This document shows positions 28,901-40,595 of a DNA stretch of 64,000 nucleotides, in pieces (position 1 is the stretch's first letter; every line of letters begins with the position of its first letter). The translations under genes and the position numbers were made by a program. The notes beneath the pieces are model-generated. The model did not search any database. It was not told the DNA's origin and saw nothing but the letters and a program-made list of their open reading frames with translations. Origin of the DNA: Pocillopora damicornis (lineage: Eukaryota); assembly GCF_003704095.1 (NCBI RefSeq), contig NW_020844363.1, positions 682,001 through 746,000 of the forward strand. Direction: 5' to 3'.

Positions 28901-31900
28901 CCGGCCAGCCTACCGAGAGGATTTGGGTCCACAGAGTGCATAAACACCAGTGATCAATCGCTTGAAATGCCCGACAGGGTTATTAAAGTTTTCAAAGCGG
29001 ATCAGACGTGTAGATATTTTATGGTGTACAAGGTCAGTGTGTGTGGTAACCGTAGGTCTTAAAATCACAAAGACACTATGAACTATGACGCGCGCACGTG
29101 GGCGCCCGCTAAAACCTTCATTCTAGCCCGCAAAATGCGCCACAATGCCGGGAAAAGTGATAATAATTAGTGTTGATTGTAGCTTTTAGTGCCTTAACAT
29201 CTCTCTAGCGGTAAAGGTATTTTTACTAGCAAGTTTATGTTGAGGAGTCCACTCTTCAAGAGAAATTTAGTCGGTATTTACATTTTAATTAGCAGAGATT
29301 TTGGTTCTGAAAATTGTGTGTGTAGGGTCGAGATGGGTACAATCTCATCGAGATTCTTATTATGGAAAATATCACTCGGCAATTCATCTGCGATAAATTT
29401 CATCCATTTGACCTTGTACTGATTCCTGCCCCAGAGCACGGCAATTTTTGTCCAAATTTTGGCGGATTTTGCAGAATGCCCTCGATCTACAAAATTTAGT
29501 ACCCGCAGAAAAAAATGTTCCGTGAAATAAAACGCCTCAAAAATTACCACCTCTAGTCCAATTAAAAAATATCTCTTGGGGAGTAGGCAGGGAGCGGCTG
29601 AATATGAGTATAAGAATTCTTCACATCGATTTTCTTACTTCTTTTTGTTATGTGAATTTGGAGAATCAGACGCTATCGAGAATAAATTTAATGAGAGTTT
29701 ATTTAAGATATTGGCCAATATCCGGTGTTCATTTAATCAATTGTTTTATATTTTCGTAGTGGTATTTTTGCTTAGTTCATTTGTTGTTATTTCTGTTCTT
29801 TTTTTGTTGCTGTTGTCCCTTTTTTCGTTTTATTTTGTTGTCGATGTTGTTAAGTGATAGCTAAGAGTTCCTCTGGCCCATTTTTCTTGTCATTGCAATT
29901 GTACTGAGCTTGGTTAAACACCGTTACAATTTCAAAACCAACATCAGCATTGAACCGTTTTATAAAAATTCTTGTATTCATAAACGTCTCGAAAAGCATC
30001 CAACTGATTATTCCATACTTAATTCTCTTACATCAAACCAATCATCTGTTACTCAATAAAGTTTTTTGTCATTCAACTTCACCTCCAAAAGCATCGCAAT
30101 TTGTTCCAAAAGAATGCGCACATGTTTACTCCAAACTGCTAACAAGATGCGGGATACTTTGATGGGGTTTTTTGGATAAAAGTGACCGAGCCCCTAATAA
30201 TCACGTTATGGTGTTAAAAATGTTTGTTTCACACAACTAAACGTCGGCCCTCGAGATTAGAGTATGTTCAAGGAAAATCGAATAGATTGTAATTTCTGTA
30301 TAGAGTGTTTTATACAAACATCGATCAGACAGAGATAAAACAAATTTTTCGCATCGAGTGTAGATTATCAAAACTGTGTAAAGATGTATTGCAATGTAAT
30401 GAGATTTCTTAGTGTTGTAAGCCGCTTTTTTTCTTTCATGGCGGCTGTATTTTGTAAATGAATAGTGAGGGATTAGCGTATTTCTTCCTTCCGCGTGGAA
30501 GAGGTGAAACCAAACACTTCGCATCACGCGAGAGTTTACCGACTAGTTTTTGCGATAAAAACGCGCTGCTTGGTTGCTCTGTGAACAGAGCGCGTAGAAG
30601 CGCAAACCCTATAGCTGTCGTAAGCACATGTGTCTGCAACCAGACTCAACCTGTCCGATCAATTTTGCGAACAATCAGAGACAATGCTGGCATGTGTAAG
30701 CTTTTTTCCTCGAGTAAGACGAAAGGTAGATGGAGTAGATATTGCTGCCACTTTAGATCCGGCGACACACCATATTTCAGATGTTTTTGCCGACTATTTT
30801 GTGTCTTGTTTTGTAGGAAACTACGGCACGAGAGGTTGTTAACCGAGCCGTTGAAGCGTTTGGAATTCAGGGCTCTCCAAGGTAAAAATAAAAATATGAA
30901 ACTGAGTAAAGCTCGTCCAGACTTCAGTGGAAAATTGTATTGGTCCGCACATTCTGCAGTCATTCAGTAACGGATCTTCTTGAACCGATCAAAACTCCTT
31001 GTAATCTTCAGTTTCTCTATTTATCTACTGGGATAATCCTGCATCGTGTTTGAAAATGTGATACGAAGCAAAAGTTGCAATTTCCGTGATATTTTTTAGG
31101 ATTAACACATCGCGGAATGTTCAGTGGCGAACAATATCCTTGCAAGTCTAAGGGTAAAATCTTCAGGATTCTGATAAAGGAGAAGTTGTTTTTACATCAA
31201 TCCAAAGTTTGATTTTAAACCTGCTTTATATTCAACGTTCTCCAGAGAATACGCGCTGTGCGAAGTAACAGTCGAGGACGGAGGGTTCGTGAAACAGCGG
31301 AGACTTCCCGACATGCTGACGAATCTTCCCGATAGAATCCACTTGAACGGAAGGTGAGTAAACTCTCCTTACCCACGCTCGTAACAAGACGAATAAATTG
31401 TTCTGTTAACTGACACGATGATTTCGACTTAGCAGTAGAGGAGACGCGTGTCACATATCAATGCTTACTGTGGAGTTCTCTGTTGCTCAGTGGTAGGGTA
31501 TTGGGGCGCGGAATCCAAAGGTTTGGGGCTCGATTCCTCAAGGGGGCTTAAAATTTTTCCTTCGTCCCACGACTTTTCAACCCTCTGTAGTTTCTTACTT
31601 TTTCCCAATCTTAATTTTAAGATTCTCATCGTTAACTTCCATAAATTTGCGTTATCGTGTCGTTATTTACAAGAATTAAGAGAGTGATCACCTTTTCGTT
31701 CTTTATTCCCAGGTACTATTTGAAGAACAACAGCGTCTCAAGCCAACTTCTCCCTGACGAGGCTGCTCAGGTCAGTGGGGCTCTTTTGTTTCTTTTTACC
31801 ATGACAATCAAACTGACCAATCAGAGCAAACGATGGCAACAATTTGAACCAATGGAATGAAGCAAAATATTGCACGTGAATTGCACTTGGAAACACGATA

Positions 31901-34900
31901 GACTGGATCATGTTAGGCGAACATCTAATGGGTTGTTGGCATGACGCGCGTTCTTGAAGCGCATTAGCGTAACAAGAAGTCAATTCGGAAGTACTTAATT
32001 TACTTGAATTAAGAATTTATCTTCGTGAATCATGGTGAACTACAGCTGCACGAGAGTTGAAAAGCGAATAAGCTCACGCGAATGAGCCTTTGGATTATTT
32101 AACCTTTTAACAAGAAGTTACGAAATTGGGGATATTATCCCGTGATAAATAAGTTGCAAGAAAAACTTTGGAAATAAATTAACTTTTAAGAAACAGTATG
32201 GTTAAGATTTCGAGGCCATAAGAGGATTAGCAATGGGTAGGTCTTGAGAAAATGTAGAGGGTCTGGGTTAAGACGCATTGTTGGTAGCATGGAAATTAAT
32301 CGTGTGGAAAAATTGAAGTAGCCACCATTTCTGATTAACGTTCTCTCGAATCTAAATTCAGGAGCTTGCCAAGGAGTCTCAGTGTAGTTTGTTGCAACTT
32401 AAACCGAAAGAGGTGGCCAAAGAACTAACACTCCAGGTAGGGGGAGTTTTGCGCAATTTTAAATCATTGCTTGAATTGTTTGCGTAAGGAAAGATTGCAT
32501 GATTTCCAAATCTGAACGATTCTGAGAGTACCTCAACCTTTTTTTTCTTTTTTCAAGCCATCAAGTTAACATCGTTCTCTTCTTTCGTAGGAAAGAGAGG
32601 ATTAAATTTTTCTCCAGGTTTTGTTAGTAACACACATTTTTGTCACACAAAACACGCGCTTTAGTCAGGCATTTTTAGTTCATAGATCGTCAGAATCGTC
32701 CCATTTATTCCAATTTTTTGAGGCGAATAGGAGGATCCTGTTGATCACATCAAAACAAAGGTCTAACTGTACCCACTTTGCAGCTGTAGAGATAATCCTC
32801 AATTTCTCATAATTCCTCGAACGATCTTCCTTTTACAGGATTTTGAAGTTTTTAGAAGTATTGATCCTCGCGAGTACATCTACAAGCTGTGGAACTTTGG
32901 TCCGAAACTCACAGAAAACTTACGAAAATTTTCTGAGGTAAAGTGAACCTAATCATTTAACAAGAGTAAAATTCAGCCGTTGATTATTCGCAAGGCTGCG
33001 CATTTTGAAGTTTACTTACGCTATGTTTGCATTCTTTCATTTTTCGCAGATTGTAAATAACGAGATGTTTTGGGTTGTGACCGAAATATGCAGTGAAGCA
33101 AACTTAGTAAAGAGAATGAAGTTAATCAAAGCTTTTATCAAAATTGCAAGTAAGTCAGACCTAGATAATAACATGTTGAGTATTTGACTTTGATATTCGA
33201 AAGTTTTTTATTCCAAAGCGTTGAAATTTTTGGCTTAATATGCTCTTGTGTTCTTCACAGGATATTGTAAAGAATGCAAAAACTACAATTCGTTATTTGC
33301 TATTGTGAGGTGAGTTAATGTTTCTAAGATAAAACCCTTATTTGGTTTATCTAAGTTACCGGCATTGGGGTTTTTCTTTTCCTTTTTCTCGTTTCTTTTC
33401 TTTTTTTCCGGCGTATTATTTGGCCTTAAAATAGACCTTAAATTAGCTCCTCGACTGCCTCGCCCTCCAGTTTTATGAAAATTTCCCTCTTATTATGTCA
33501 GGTTTGTCACTTTGTCGATGGTTACATGTTTTCTCGCCTTCCAGTTCACGTAGTATATTTTTCTGCGCTTGTCGATGCTCAGATGTTTTTGCCGACTTCT
33601 GTTCGCTCCTAGTTTTCGCTTTTTTTACTAATACCCATATAATACCATGACATTGCCGCATTTGTTTGTTTAACTCTTTAAATAAACCAAATAGCCACCC
33701 CTTTGTTGAAGTCATTCCCTCTAACTTACGCCCGCTGTTCTCTGTTTCAGCGGGCTTGGCCACTCAACGGTACAACGTTTGAAGAATACGTGGGACAAGT
33801 TACCCACAAAGCATAGCAAGGCATTCGAGGTGAGCTGTGCTTAAAGAGATGTTTATCAGGTTTAATGTGTCTTTAGGAGTGCCAAGCCTGTGGCAGTGTG
33901 TGCGTTAGTGTTAGAACTGTTCAGCGCTGGACTGCCCGGTCGAAGTCTGGATTCGAGTCACAGTTGAGTCACTGTGATGCGAGGCGTATGAGACACTTTA
34001 CTATTACAGTGCTTTTCCGGGTTATTATCAGTTTTGCAAATTTGGTTTTATCAACTGAGTTGATGAAGTAGATTGGTCACCGTAAAGAGTTCCTAAAGCT
34101 GACGGTTTGAGCGCTATTCCTTAATTATTCGCTCTGACAAAGACGCTCGAAACGTCATGATAAATGATTAGGTTCACTTCGACGCTCGAAACGTCATGAT
34201 AAAACCAAATTTTCTCGTAACAAGCCCACTGACGCACCACCATAGAGTCTTCAGAAACTTACCCTCTCTTTTCTACTATCAATTATGGGTGAACTGTGTT
34301 GCAGACCCACGTTAAATGAGTCGTGTGACGATATTTATATGGATAATTTAAACGTGTGTTCTTTTTTTGTTTGTCTGTTTCAGGATCTTCAGAGTCTGAT
34401 GGATCCGTCAAGAAACATGTCTAAATACAGAAATTTACTAAATGGAGAACACGGAGAGCCTCCCCTGGTACGTGCGGTCCACCATTACGAGTTATGAAAA
34501 GTTGAACTTTTTTAAGTTCGAACCTTTATCCAAAACACTTTCTTTTGACTTCTCTTAGGCTAATTCTTGTGATAGGCCGCATCTCGATCGAGCTTTGTAA
34601 AACTGAAATCAAAGTCATCTCATCAGCCATTGTTAAAAAAGATTATTGCAAAGAGCAAAAGTAAAAGGAGACAAGTGCGATAAAACGCGAATGAATTCGT
34701 GACAATTCTATTTTGTTGGCGAAGTGTATGGACAGATATCATGCTTAAAAAGAAAACTCTTCCGATAACATGTTGAATTTCAAGATTCTTATTAGGAAGA
34801 CTGAATGAAAGTTAGCTTGATTGAAGTCATTTTTTTGTTTTTCTTTTAGATTCCGTTCTTTCCTGTCATAACGAAGGATCTGACGTTCATTCATCTAGGG

Positions 34901-37900
34901 AATGACAGTATCGTGGACGGACTTGTAAGTGAATATCCATTTGTATTTCACAACTAACTTGGTTTTTTGTACTTTTAAAGCTAATTTTGAGAGGAATTTT
35001 TTTACCCCTCCTAGACTATTTTCCAGGAAATATTGTTTTCCTTTGTTTTTTTTCTTGAAGAAGCTGCCTACGCTGCGTTAATTGTAAAAGATAAAAAGTC
35101 GTAGAATTGAGAAACTCACCTATTTTTATAAGAGTGCGGCGCAATATGGATTTGCTTTACACCCATTCCTTCCTTGATTTCACTTGCCGAAGATAAATTT
35201 TTGCTCACAATTTTGTTTGAATATATTTGCAGGTTAATTTTGAAAAGCTTCGACTCATTGCAAGAGAAGTTCGCCAGATTTCAAAATTCAACTCCATTCC
35301 CTACGTGAGTATGACGCTGATTAGTGCGCGCATTTCATAGAAACATTATTTTAACGCATTTCTTCTTATTCCAGGACCCTGACACGATGTTCGAAGACGA
35401 GCTGAACAGTCAAGGAGGACCTGGGCAACAGAAAATGACGTCAACGGTGGTCGGCATGGTAACAGGTAGCTCTACATGGAGCCGGAGATCGTTGCGTGAC
35501 CAAAATCCCAAAAAGATGTACGAGGAGGTAAGAACAACTGATTTCAAGATTTCTCCTAAACAGACGCCTTAACTTTATTTCAGTTGACATTTGAAAATTT
35601 GATTCTCCACGTTAGTCTTGGATCTTGCTCTATCTTACTCTGTTTTGCATTTTGTTTTGTCACGCAGTCCATGATGTCACGCAGGGTAAAGCAATACTTG
35701 TCGAACCTAACTGTCATACAAGATGAAGAAAAGTTACGAGAAATGTCAAATGTCTGCGAACCTCCACAAGGATCCGGTAAGTTAACTGTGTCACTCCATC
35801 GCCCCAGTCTCTCCTTCCAAACGCATTGTTTTTGGACCCTTGTGTTTGCAGGTTTTAATTTTTTCAATCGTTTTCTTTCCTCCAGCAGCTCCTCCTAGCG
35901 TACAGACACGAAAGAAGAACTCGCCCACGTCCTCTCCAGGCGCGAACAAGAAAGATCGTAAAGCTGGAAAACCAAGTGAGTTGACGGGTGAGCAAAGAAA
36001 CTGTTTTTGGTGCCTGCTGTCTACCGATCTCTTCCCTCCTTTCCCTCCCCCCCCCTCCTTGCCAGAGGTTGAGAACCTATAGGACCCTAGACACGAGTCT
36101 GTAACATCTCTAAAGAAGCTTGAATATTTTTTTACGTTATAATGGTAGGCCTCACTTCGTAATAAATTCCTTTCACATTGATTCTTGTCATCAAAGAAAC
36201 CTTTCAATTTGTGATTCTTTATCTCTTTAACAATATTTTATAACGATTACACTACTGTCAAAAGCGGTAAGTTCGGGTATCCTGGGACCCGGTCCCAATT
36301 GAAGTGCACCAACACGTTTGTAGTCAGAGCTATGAGCAGAAAATTGATTAAGACATAAGAATGTGTTGAACCTTCCAATTATTAAATAACTTGTGCTGAC
36401 TTTGTTTAATGGACTTTTTCTTTCTGTACTCAGTTCCTTCGCCATTAGCACTAAGAAAAGACATAGCGGGTGATAGAATCTCGGTGTCCTCTACAGCGAG
36501 TACATCATCGTTACCGGATGTGCAGTCTCCAAAGCAAATCAGTGAAGGTAAACTATTTTAGCAATAAATGAAAAGAATAAGGTGAAGCGTGGCTACGTTA
36601 TAAACAGCGGTTTCGGGAAGTTCTTCCCGTATTTAGTTTGAAAGGAGGACTAATAGTAGCGACGATTCGCTTTGTGTGACAAAGAAATATTTTTTTTAAA
36701 AAACTATTTTACTCGGAAACTTCTGTACCCAAAAAAGAGAAAGAAAACGAGTTTGAATTTTTGTGAGTGCCATGGTATGAAATGAGTCGCAGTAACTGTT
36801 ATTTCGCTTTCCTTTCTTTTTCGTTCTCTCTTTCTTTCTTTGAACAGTATTTTTTGAAGGAAAATGAAATCTCTTATTTCATGCGCAATTTTTTTTTCCG
36901 TCAGAGGAAGTGCATGTCTTTCCTGAAGCGGACAGAACATCTTTACCAGAAGATACTGTCCATATGCAGGAACTCAGAAGACTGCATATCAATGATGACC
37001 ATCAGAGACCACAATACCGCCATCCACCAGGTCAGACAATAATTCTGTCGTTAGGNNNNNNNNNNNNNNNNNNNNNNNNNNNNNNNNNNNNNNNNNNNNN
37101 NNNNNNNNNNNNNNNNNNNNNNNNNNNNNNNNNNNNNNNNNNNNNNNNNNNNNNNNNNNNNNNNNNNNNNNNNNNNNNNNNNNNNNNNNNNNNNNNNNNN
37201 NNNNNNNNNNNNNNNNNNNNNNNNNNNNNNNNNNNNNNNNNNNNNNNNNNNNNNNNNNNNNNNNNNNNAAGCTCGTAACTGATCGAGAAGGCTTACCCTG
37301 AGCCCTAACAGCTTAATGCTGAGTGCAACTTATTAATAACCGGTTAATAAGTATGATTGTTGACTTGACTTGTCCTTGTTTTTTCGTCATTTCAGGTGTG
37401 GAGGTAGTCAGGCCGATCATGTATACAGGTAAAAAAAATTAACTGTTTGTAACAAATATTCTGCTCTTCATTCTCCCAACAGGAGTGGTGGGAGGAGATC
37501 GGAGGACGAGTTTAGTCAAAGACTCTTAATTACCGTAACCTCGTTAAAGTTTGAGACTTTTTTTTTTTTTGATATTTATCTGTATTTCTCTGATCTTTTT
37601 AGTACAAGCTCCTTCCACCGATAGTGTTCCTTACAGCCCAACTCACTCAACTTCTTCACAAGAACATCCATATCATCCTGGTAAGTTTCTGAGATCGTAA
37701 TTTAAATTCTTCTTATTATCTGCGCGCATTTTGTGAGAAGTTGGCAAAGTAAGCGCTTTCCCAGCAACGTGATCACGTTTGAGATAAAGACCGAAAATTT
37801 GAGATTAGTAAAATTAAATGATTATAAAATCGTCGATGGCGGCAAATGACGTACTTGCTTGGCAATCAAGAAAACGTGTCCGTGATCCGCTCTTAGGTCC

Positions 37901-38632
37901 GTTTTTTAATTTTATTTTTTACTTTTCCAGGAGTTACATATCACCAGTATGTCAGCTACCACTATCCAGATCAGTACAACAGAGTAGAATACGTAGAAAA
38001 TTATGACGGTAGGTTATTGCTTTTGTGCTGAGTATTATTTATGACTGAAATGCTACGGCGTCTCTTATTGGTTAAAAACAGATTTTGGATTTTGTGGCAA
38101 ACTGAAACACGCTCATGTCTTTGACGTGTTCTCCCAACATTCCGTTCGGGGTAACGACATAACGTGAAGAGGCGAGCCAATCGGAAGCAACATGTTCATT
38201 TGTTTCAAACAAAATACAAAAGCTTGCTGCGAAGAAAAATGTGTGAGCCCTGGGTGAAAAAGAGTCGAAACTGCGGCAAAGCTCCGATTTTGCAATTCCG
38301 ATGGCTCGCCCTACAGCTCGACTACTTGTTTTTAACGTACTCTGCCATCAAGCCGAAACTTGCTGAGATCACTTGGTTAAAAGTATCTGGGATAAAAAAA
38401 AAAAAAAACACACGCCAAAGTTATTGTCTTGCTTTTGAATTCGTACGATGTTGTTCCTTTATCCGAAATAAGAAATTTGATGTTGTGTTGACTAATGAAT
38501 GTAGAATGTGCTTCTCAAAATATTTTCTTCCTTGAAATAAGACAGTTGTTTTGATCTTGTTTTGATCTGGCTTACATCTTTTTCGTATCGTTTATTTTCA
38601 CAGAAGAAGAGGGCCAAGTTTCCGCTGTTTAA
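7971..38632 (+). CDS. RAPGEF2: Rap guanine nucleotide exchange factor 2/6 (PDZ-GEF/dizzy) orthologue, 45 coding exons, ~1316 aa
   Basis: Frame-consistent GT-AG exons: 7971-8060, 9981-10051, 11497-11553, 12201-12284, 13017-13089, 13556-13687, 14504-14636, 15333-15382, 15677-15749, 15843-15874, 16338-16442, 16931-17089, 17476-17625, 18221-18385, 18917-19024, 19158-19229, 19552-19632, 19957-20007, 20329-20376, 20492-20552, 22098-22159, 22609-22693, 23183-23205, 27019-27104, 28807-29032, 30817-30881, 31246-31353, 31713-31770, 32362-32436, 32839-32937, 33050-33149, 33261-33309, 33751-33829, 34384-34467, 34850-34924, 35233-35304, 35375-35527, 35668-35776, 35886-35975, 36434-36547, 36905-37030, 37396-37428, 37603-37680, 37931-38008, 38604-38632 (sum 3951 nt). 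Recognised motifs: N-terminal cNMP-like ([12 protein letters not shown]), cNMP-like ([43 protein letters not shown]), REM ([19 protein letters not shown]), PDZ ([22 protein letters not shown]), RA ([17 protein letters not shown]), CDC25-GEF ([34 protein letters not shown]) and C-terminal QVSAV*. Co-orthologue of vertebrate RAPGEF2 and RAPGEF6. Linker and C-terminal exons are less certain than domain exons. Confidence 0.95.
10148..10550. repeat. Foldback array of an AAATCTGTAATTTGCAAAATGGAAATAT unit in both orientations
   Basis: Multiple direct and inverted copies; spacer-less palindrome 10329-10388 (30-bp arms, one mismatch). Confidence 0.85.
10565..10949. mobile_element. Two adjacent degenerate MITEs of the TTAA-CCCTT type
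   Basis: 10565-10736 aligns with the element at 53685-53904 (AGAATTTGTTTA.CAATCAA..., AAGGAGAAATTA.ATGCT..TCACTC...AAAGGTTAA); 10747-10949 has TTACCCCTT...AAGGGCTTA ends. Confidence 0.6.
12533..12640 (+). mobile_element. Degenerate tRNA-derived SINE fragment
   Basis: CTCTGTAGCTCAGTGGTA (A-box) and GACTCAGATTT shared with copies at 31478 and 52275. Confidence 0.45.
16030..16290. repeat. Interspersed CCAATCA/TGATTGG-rich repeat
   Basis: Similar sequence occurs in reverse orientation at ~54602-54790 and, more degraded, at ~34590-34780. Confidence 0.5.
19262..19417. mobile_element. Degenerate copy of the palindromic MITE at 4449-4608
   Basis: AATAGGACTGAGTAGAGTCCAA..TCTGTAACCATACGAGTGATTAGCAAAAT matches the reverse complement of the right arm of the 4449-4608 element. 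Confidence 0.6.
31443..31572 (+). mobile_element. tRNA-derived SINE
   Basis: A-box-like TGTTGCTCAGTGGT (31481-31494) and B-box-like GGCTCGATTCC; no intact cloverleaf; related copies elsewhere in the window. Confidence 0.55.
33890..34330 (+). mobile_element. Degenerate SINE interrupted by a decayed hammerhead-foldback element
   Basis: 33890-34030 and 34275-34330 resemble the SINE at 48484-48725; 34040-34270 resembles 54341-54587 (CACCGTAAAGAGT..AAAGCTGACG, CGCTCGAAACGTCA twice, AGAAACTTACCC). Confidence 0.55.
37056..37268. other. Assembly gap inside a RAPGEF intron
   Basis: Run of N. Confidence 1.
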
Positions 38633-39462
38633 CAGAACATGTGAGGTAAGTTAAACATCCAATTACTTGAAGACATTATGGACGAAAGCTCTTTTTTTTT
38701 AATTTCGTGATTTAGTTCAAATGTTTTGAGGAACTGCTTTTCTTTCTTAAAGAGCCATAACTGTGTGGTTGGATAGAGAAATATCCCTCCTGCCTTCTGA
38801 GGGGGGGATTTTAGATTTTTCCATACTATGAATTTTCAATGTTAGTCTTAACGTAACGATATGCCTTTCTGAAGTTGTGTCACCTTTTTTTTTCCAGGTC
38901 TATGAAGACTTCCTTCGCCGATTCATCCCTCCCAGAAAACGAATATTTTATTATGTTTCGAGTGATTTATTTTCATGAGCTTTTGGTTTTTTTGGAGGCC
39001 TTTCTAAGCTTTCCTGTGCAAAGCTAGTTGAATTTATTGCGGATTATCTTAGACAAAATAGGCAAGAAGAGTTTCTTTCATTTTTAACTCTCAAAAGGAA
39101 AGCCTCTAGTCGAAGACAAACAGCGTATTTGTATAACGATAGGCAGAGCAGGCCGTCTGTCTAAAACTGCATAGATATATGAAATCATACAATCATTATT
39201 TTTAACTACTTTGAATCTCGCCAGATCATATATACTCAATGAAAGGGAAATAATGATGGTTGTAGCACGGCGCGGGCTTCTCTGGCAGTATGAATAGAAA
39301 TATTTAAACCTTTGTAGTAGTCTAGGTAGGATTATGGAACGAAAAAAAAACTCATTCAATTAAACATACATTTTATTTTAATCTCAAAATATTGAGAGAT
39401 GTACCTACTTCTGAGTCTACAAATTTTTTTGTATCAACTGTAAATAAGTTATAGGCTACATT

Positions 39463-39880
39463 NNNNNNNNNNNNNNNNNNNNNNNNNNNNNNNNNNNNNN
39501 NNNNNNNNNNNNNNNNNNNNNNNNNNNNNNNNNNNNNNNNNNNNNNNNNNNNNNNNNNNNNNNNNNNNNNNNNNNNNNNNNNNNNNNNNNNNNNNNNNNN
39601 NNNNNNNNNNNNNNNNNNNNNNNNNNNNNNNNNNNNNNNNNNNNNNNNNNNNNNNNNNNNNNNNNNNNNNNNNNNNNNNNNNNNNNNNNNNNNNNNNNNN
39701 NNNNNNNNNNNNNNNNNNNNNNNNNNNNNNNNNNNNNNNNNNNNNNNNNNNNNNNNNNNNNNNNNNNNNNNNNNNNNNNNNNNNNNNNNNNNNNNNNNNN
39801 NNNNNNNNNNNNNNNNNNNNNNNNNNNNNNNNNNNNNNNNNNNNNNNNNNNNNNNNNNNNNNNNNNNNNNNNNNNNNNNN
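39463..39880. other. Assembly gap between the RAPGEF and K2P 3' ends
   Basis: Run of N. A further 10-N gap lies at 60512-60521. Confidence 1.
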
Positions 39881-40595
39881 ATTTTGAACTAAGAAAATGG
39901 TTACTGAAGACAAAAATATAAATCTATAAATTGATATGATCAGTTTTTGACCTGTCGCTTGCTGAAGACAAAAAAATATCTGAGCACCCCAAAGGGCACG
40001 GTCGTTTAATAAATTTGATCATTGGTCGCTTGAGAAAAAATATTTGAAATAAAATTTAACTAATGAGAAAAATGCTTATTTACAAAGAGTGAGAGTTGAC
40101 TGTCATGAAAAATTTACCCCTGAAAAACACCACAATATACACGTGCTAGGTATTTCCTCTTGAATTTCCCGCTATACATGTTACAAGCCACATTACCAAA
40201 GGAACTCTGTCGACCTAGTAAGATTATGAAGCAGCTGATAAGCTATTGTCTACAGTTTCTACGAAAATTGCGGTTTGTTTTGTTCGTGGTTTTTGAAACC
40301 ATTCTATAAAACTACGGAGTGTCGCTTCTGTAGCGTCTGCCAACTCTATTTTTTATATTAACAGTTAAACGCCTCGTCAAACCAATCTGTAAATAAAAGT
40401 TTACAGGGCTAATCCGTTCATAATAATAAGTGATTCGTAACTCTAGGTAGCTTGCTCTTACCATCTATCTACGTCTTTGGGCCAAGAAATTACTTCGCCA
40501 TTCTTAGATCTAGAAATTCCACCAGTAAATCACACACAGAAAAACACGATCTTACTGTCACGCCCTGGTTGGTTACTATCGATAAGATTTTCAGC

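Noticed and set aside
31478-31560. tRNA gene
   Set aside because: A/B-box-like motifs are present but there is no pairable cloverleaf; dispersed degenerate copies indicate a SINE.
36910-39913. ORFs 36910-37278 and 39449-39913 containing X runs
   Set aside because: Artefacts of N gaps; only 36905-37030 is a real exon.
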